A stretch of 64,000 nucleotides of DNA from Patescibacteria group bacterium (GTDB lineage Bacteria; Patescibacteriota; Patescibacteriia; JACQRZ01): NCBI GenBank assembly GCA_038065255.1, contig JBBTRI010000001.1:42911-106910 (forward strand), given 5' to 3'. Each line of letters opens with the position of its first letter. The stretch's first letter is position 1. A model generated the notes under the pieces. The model was not told the origin of the DNA. It saw nothing but the letters and a program-made list of their open reading frames with translations, and ran no database searches. Below, piece by piece: positions 62,578 through 64,000 of the stretch. Both the position numbers and the translations under genes were made by a program.

Positions 62578-63468
62578 ATGAAATTCCTATTTGCACATCG
62601 GACATTGGCGATATTGGTCGGTCTTTTATGTATAAGTATTGCTCTTTGGTTTGTATTTAAACCTTTGAGCACACTTGCACTTTTTGATGATATCTGGACA
62701 CTATCTCACCAGACGTCGGCTTTTGGGGAGCATTGCACTGTTCAAGTTCGTGGCATACAAGATCGATCCATTCCACCAACTCAAAATTCGCGGGATGTAA
62801 TCGGAGTGTTAAAAGAGTTATCACTTGACGTAGTATCTCATATCCAAAGAGATGGAAATAAATCCTATCGCCTTATTCAAAGCTCTTCGCCTCTTGGCGC
62901 AACAGACGATAATGGTGCTGTAGCGCTTATTAAGTTGGAAATGATTTTTGATGGCACCAACGAATACGTCCGGTATGATACCACGGGGCCGTGGATTGCA
63001 TTTCCCAAAAAAGCATTAGCGGATATGAGTAATTTCATTCAGAAGATGTTCGAGGACCAATTTTATTTTTCATTGGACGATATAACAAAAGAAACCGTTA
63101 GCTTGAAGGAAGTGAAGAAAAGTATAGATAACAAAGAAGTGCTTGTTTTTCGTGGGCAACAAACTGAACATTCTCTTGATATGGCAAAACAGCTTTTTCA
63201 GTATCCCATTGGTATCTATACTGTGCGCGAACACCACGGAGATGTGATTGTAGACAGATCAGAAAAAACAGTTCTCAAAACAATGCTCTATACGCTTTTT
63301 GAATACAGTGATGTAGGAGATACTTCGCTAGCTATTGATATTCCTGTGTATCAGGAATGTGAACCGGTGAGCGAAAAGGATTTGGATGTGTTTGCTCCGT
63401 CTGATGTTCTGTGGGCGAGCAAGGAAGAGGTTCAGCAGTATTTGTTATTCAAAATACTGCCAAAATAA
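62578..63468 (+). CDS. N-terminally anchored protein of unknown function
   Basis: Single N-terminal TM, then a 270-aa domain. Confidence 0.3.
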   Translation: MKFLFAHRTLAILVGLLCISIALWFVFKPLSTLALFDDIWTLSHQTSAFGEHCTVQVRGIQDRSIPPTQNSRDVIGVLKELSLDVVSHIQRDGNKSYRLIQSSSPLGATDDNGAVALIKLEMIFDGTNEYVRYDTTGPWIAFPKKALADMSNFIQKMFEDQFYFSLDDITKETVSLKEVKKSIDNKEVLVFRGQQTEHSLDMAKQLFQYPIGIYTVREHHGDVIVDRSEKTVLKTMLYTLFEYSDVGDTSLAIDIPVYQECEPVSEKDLDVFAPSDVLWASKEEVQQYLLFKILPK

Positions 63469-63478
63469 TTCAGTGAGG

Positions 63479-64000
63479 TTATGCATCTGCAATGGAAGCC
63501 ATGAGGAGGGGGATGCCTATGTGTTTGCCATGCGCGCTCTGCGAGGCATTGCGCACATATTCGTACTCTGATGCCTTCTGGGCCTGAAAACTTGAACCCA
63601 AAAATACCGTATGTCTCCCATGTTTTTGTTCTGCGTGATCAATATGCTCGTAGAGGCGTGTCATGTGTGCGGCTTTTGTGTGGCGACCAAACAAATCGAG
63701 CTGGGATTGGCCCGCCGGTGAAAGTTTTGAGAGAATAATGCCACTTGCGCGATACTCATGACGGGCGTTGAATATTTTTTTGAAACCATCTTGGCAGTAC
63801 TTCAGGAGTTCATGAGGGAATGCACTTTTGAACGGTAATTCTATTTCTGTTCCGACATGGTGAAAATCTTGTGTTCGCAGAAAGAGCGCAATACGATGAG
63901 CTTCGAGGCTGTATGTCCGTGCCCTCATGCATGCATGCTCAATGTTTTTTGACAGCTGGGAAAAGATAAAGTGTGGATCCCTGCTTGGGGGTGTGAATGT
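63479..64000 (-). CDS. Y-family DNA polymerase (DinB/UmuC-like), C-terminal part; the N-terminus lies beyond the window edge
   Basis: GIILSKLSPAGQSQLDLFG matches the little-finger end of DinB/UmuC. The frame stays open upstream of the track Met through to position 64000. Confidence 0.45.
   Translation of the reverse strand, partial: TFTPPSRDPHFIFSQLSKNIEHACMRARTYSLEAHRIALFLRTQDFHHVGTEIELPFKSAFPHELLKYCQDGFKKIFNARHEYRASGIILSKLSPAGQSQLDLFGRHTKAAHMTRLYEHIDHAEQKHGRHTVFLGSSFQAQKASEYEYVRNASQSAHGKHIGIPLLMASIADA

Overview
The window reads as a CPR/Patescibacteria-like backbone of about 45-48% GC, interrupted by two compositionally foreign blocks. The backbone is dominated by housekeeping genes. These include secA, a ribosomal protein and rpoA block (infA through rpsI), secD and secF, a truncated alaS, mnmA, tdk, clpB, a priA-def block with fmt displaced about 7 kb away, and an mraZ-rsmH-ftsL-ftsI-murF cluster followed by tRNA-Glu(CUC). 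Two glycan-assembly loci are present. The first carries a Wzz-like protein, an O-antigen-ligase-like protein and two GT4 transferases. The second carries a Wzx-like flippase, a GT4, a GT2 and a GT2-membrane fusion; a WecB/TagA transferase lies separately, about 16 kb away, just downstream of clpB. Two type II toxin-antitoxin pairs (VapBC and HicBA) are visible. The first foreign block (about 6860-10145) is GC-rich and carries three envelope-protein genes. The second (about 40200-47285) is AT-rich, sits on the strand opposite its neighbours, and splits the def-fmt pair. It encodes a TGS1-type cap guanine-N2 methyltransferase, a CYTH triphosphate-tunnel protein, two NUDIX hydrolases, an inorganic-pyrophosphatase-like protein and a Fic remnant. 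I propose it as a candidate RNA 5'-end or nucleotide-polyphosphate modification module. Between secF and tdk lies a translationally coupled pair: a membrane protein and a VirD4/TraD-like coupling ATPase. A phased GTGGG-repeat array upstream of mraZ matches known MraZ operators. All functional calls are by-eye motif recognition; no database searches were run.
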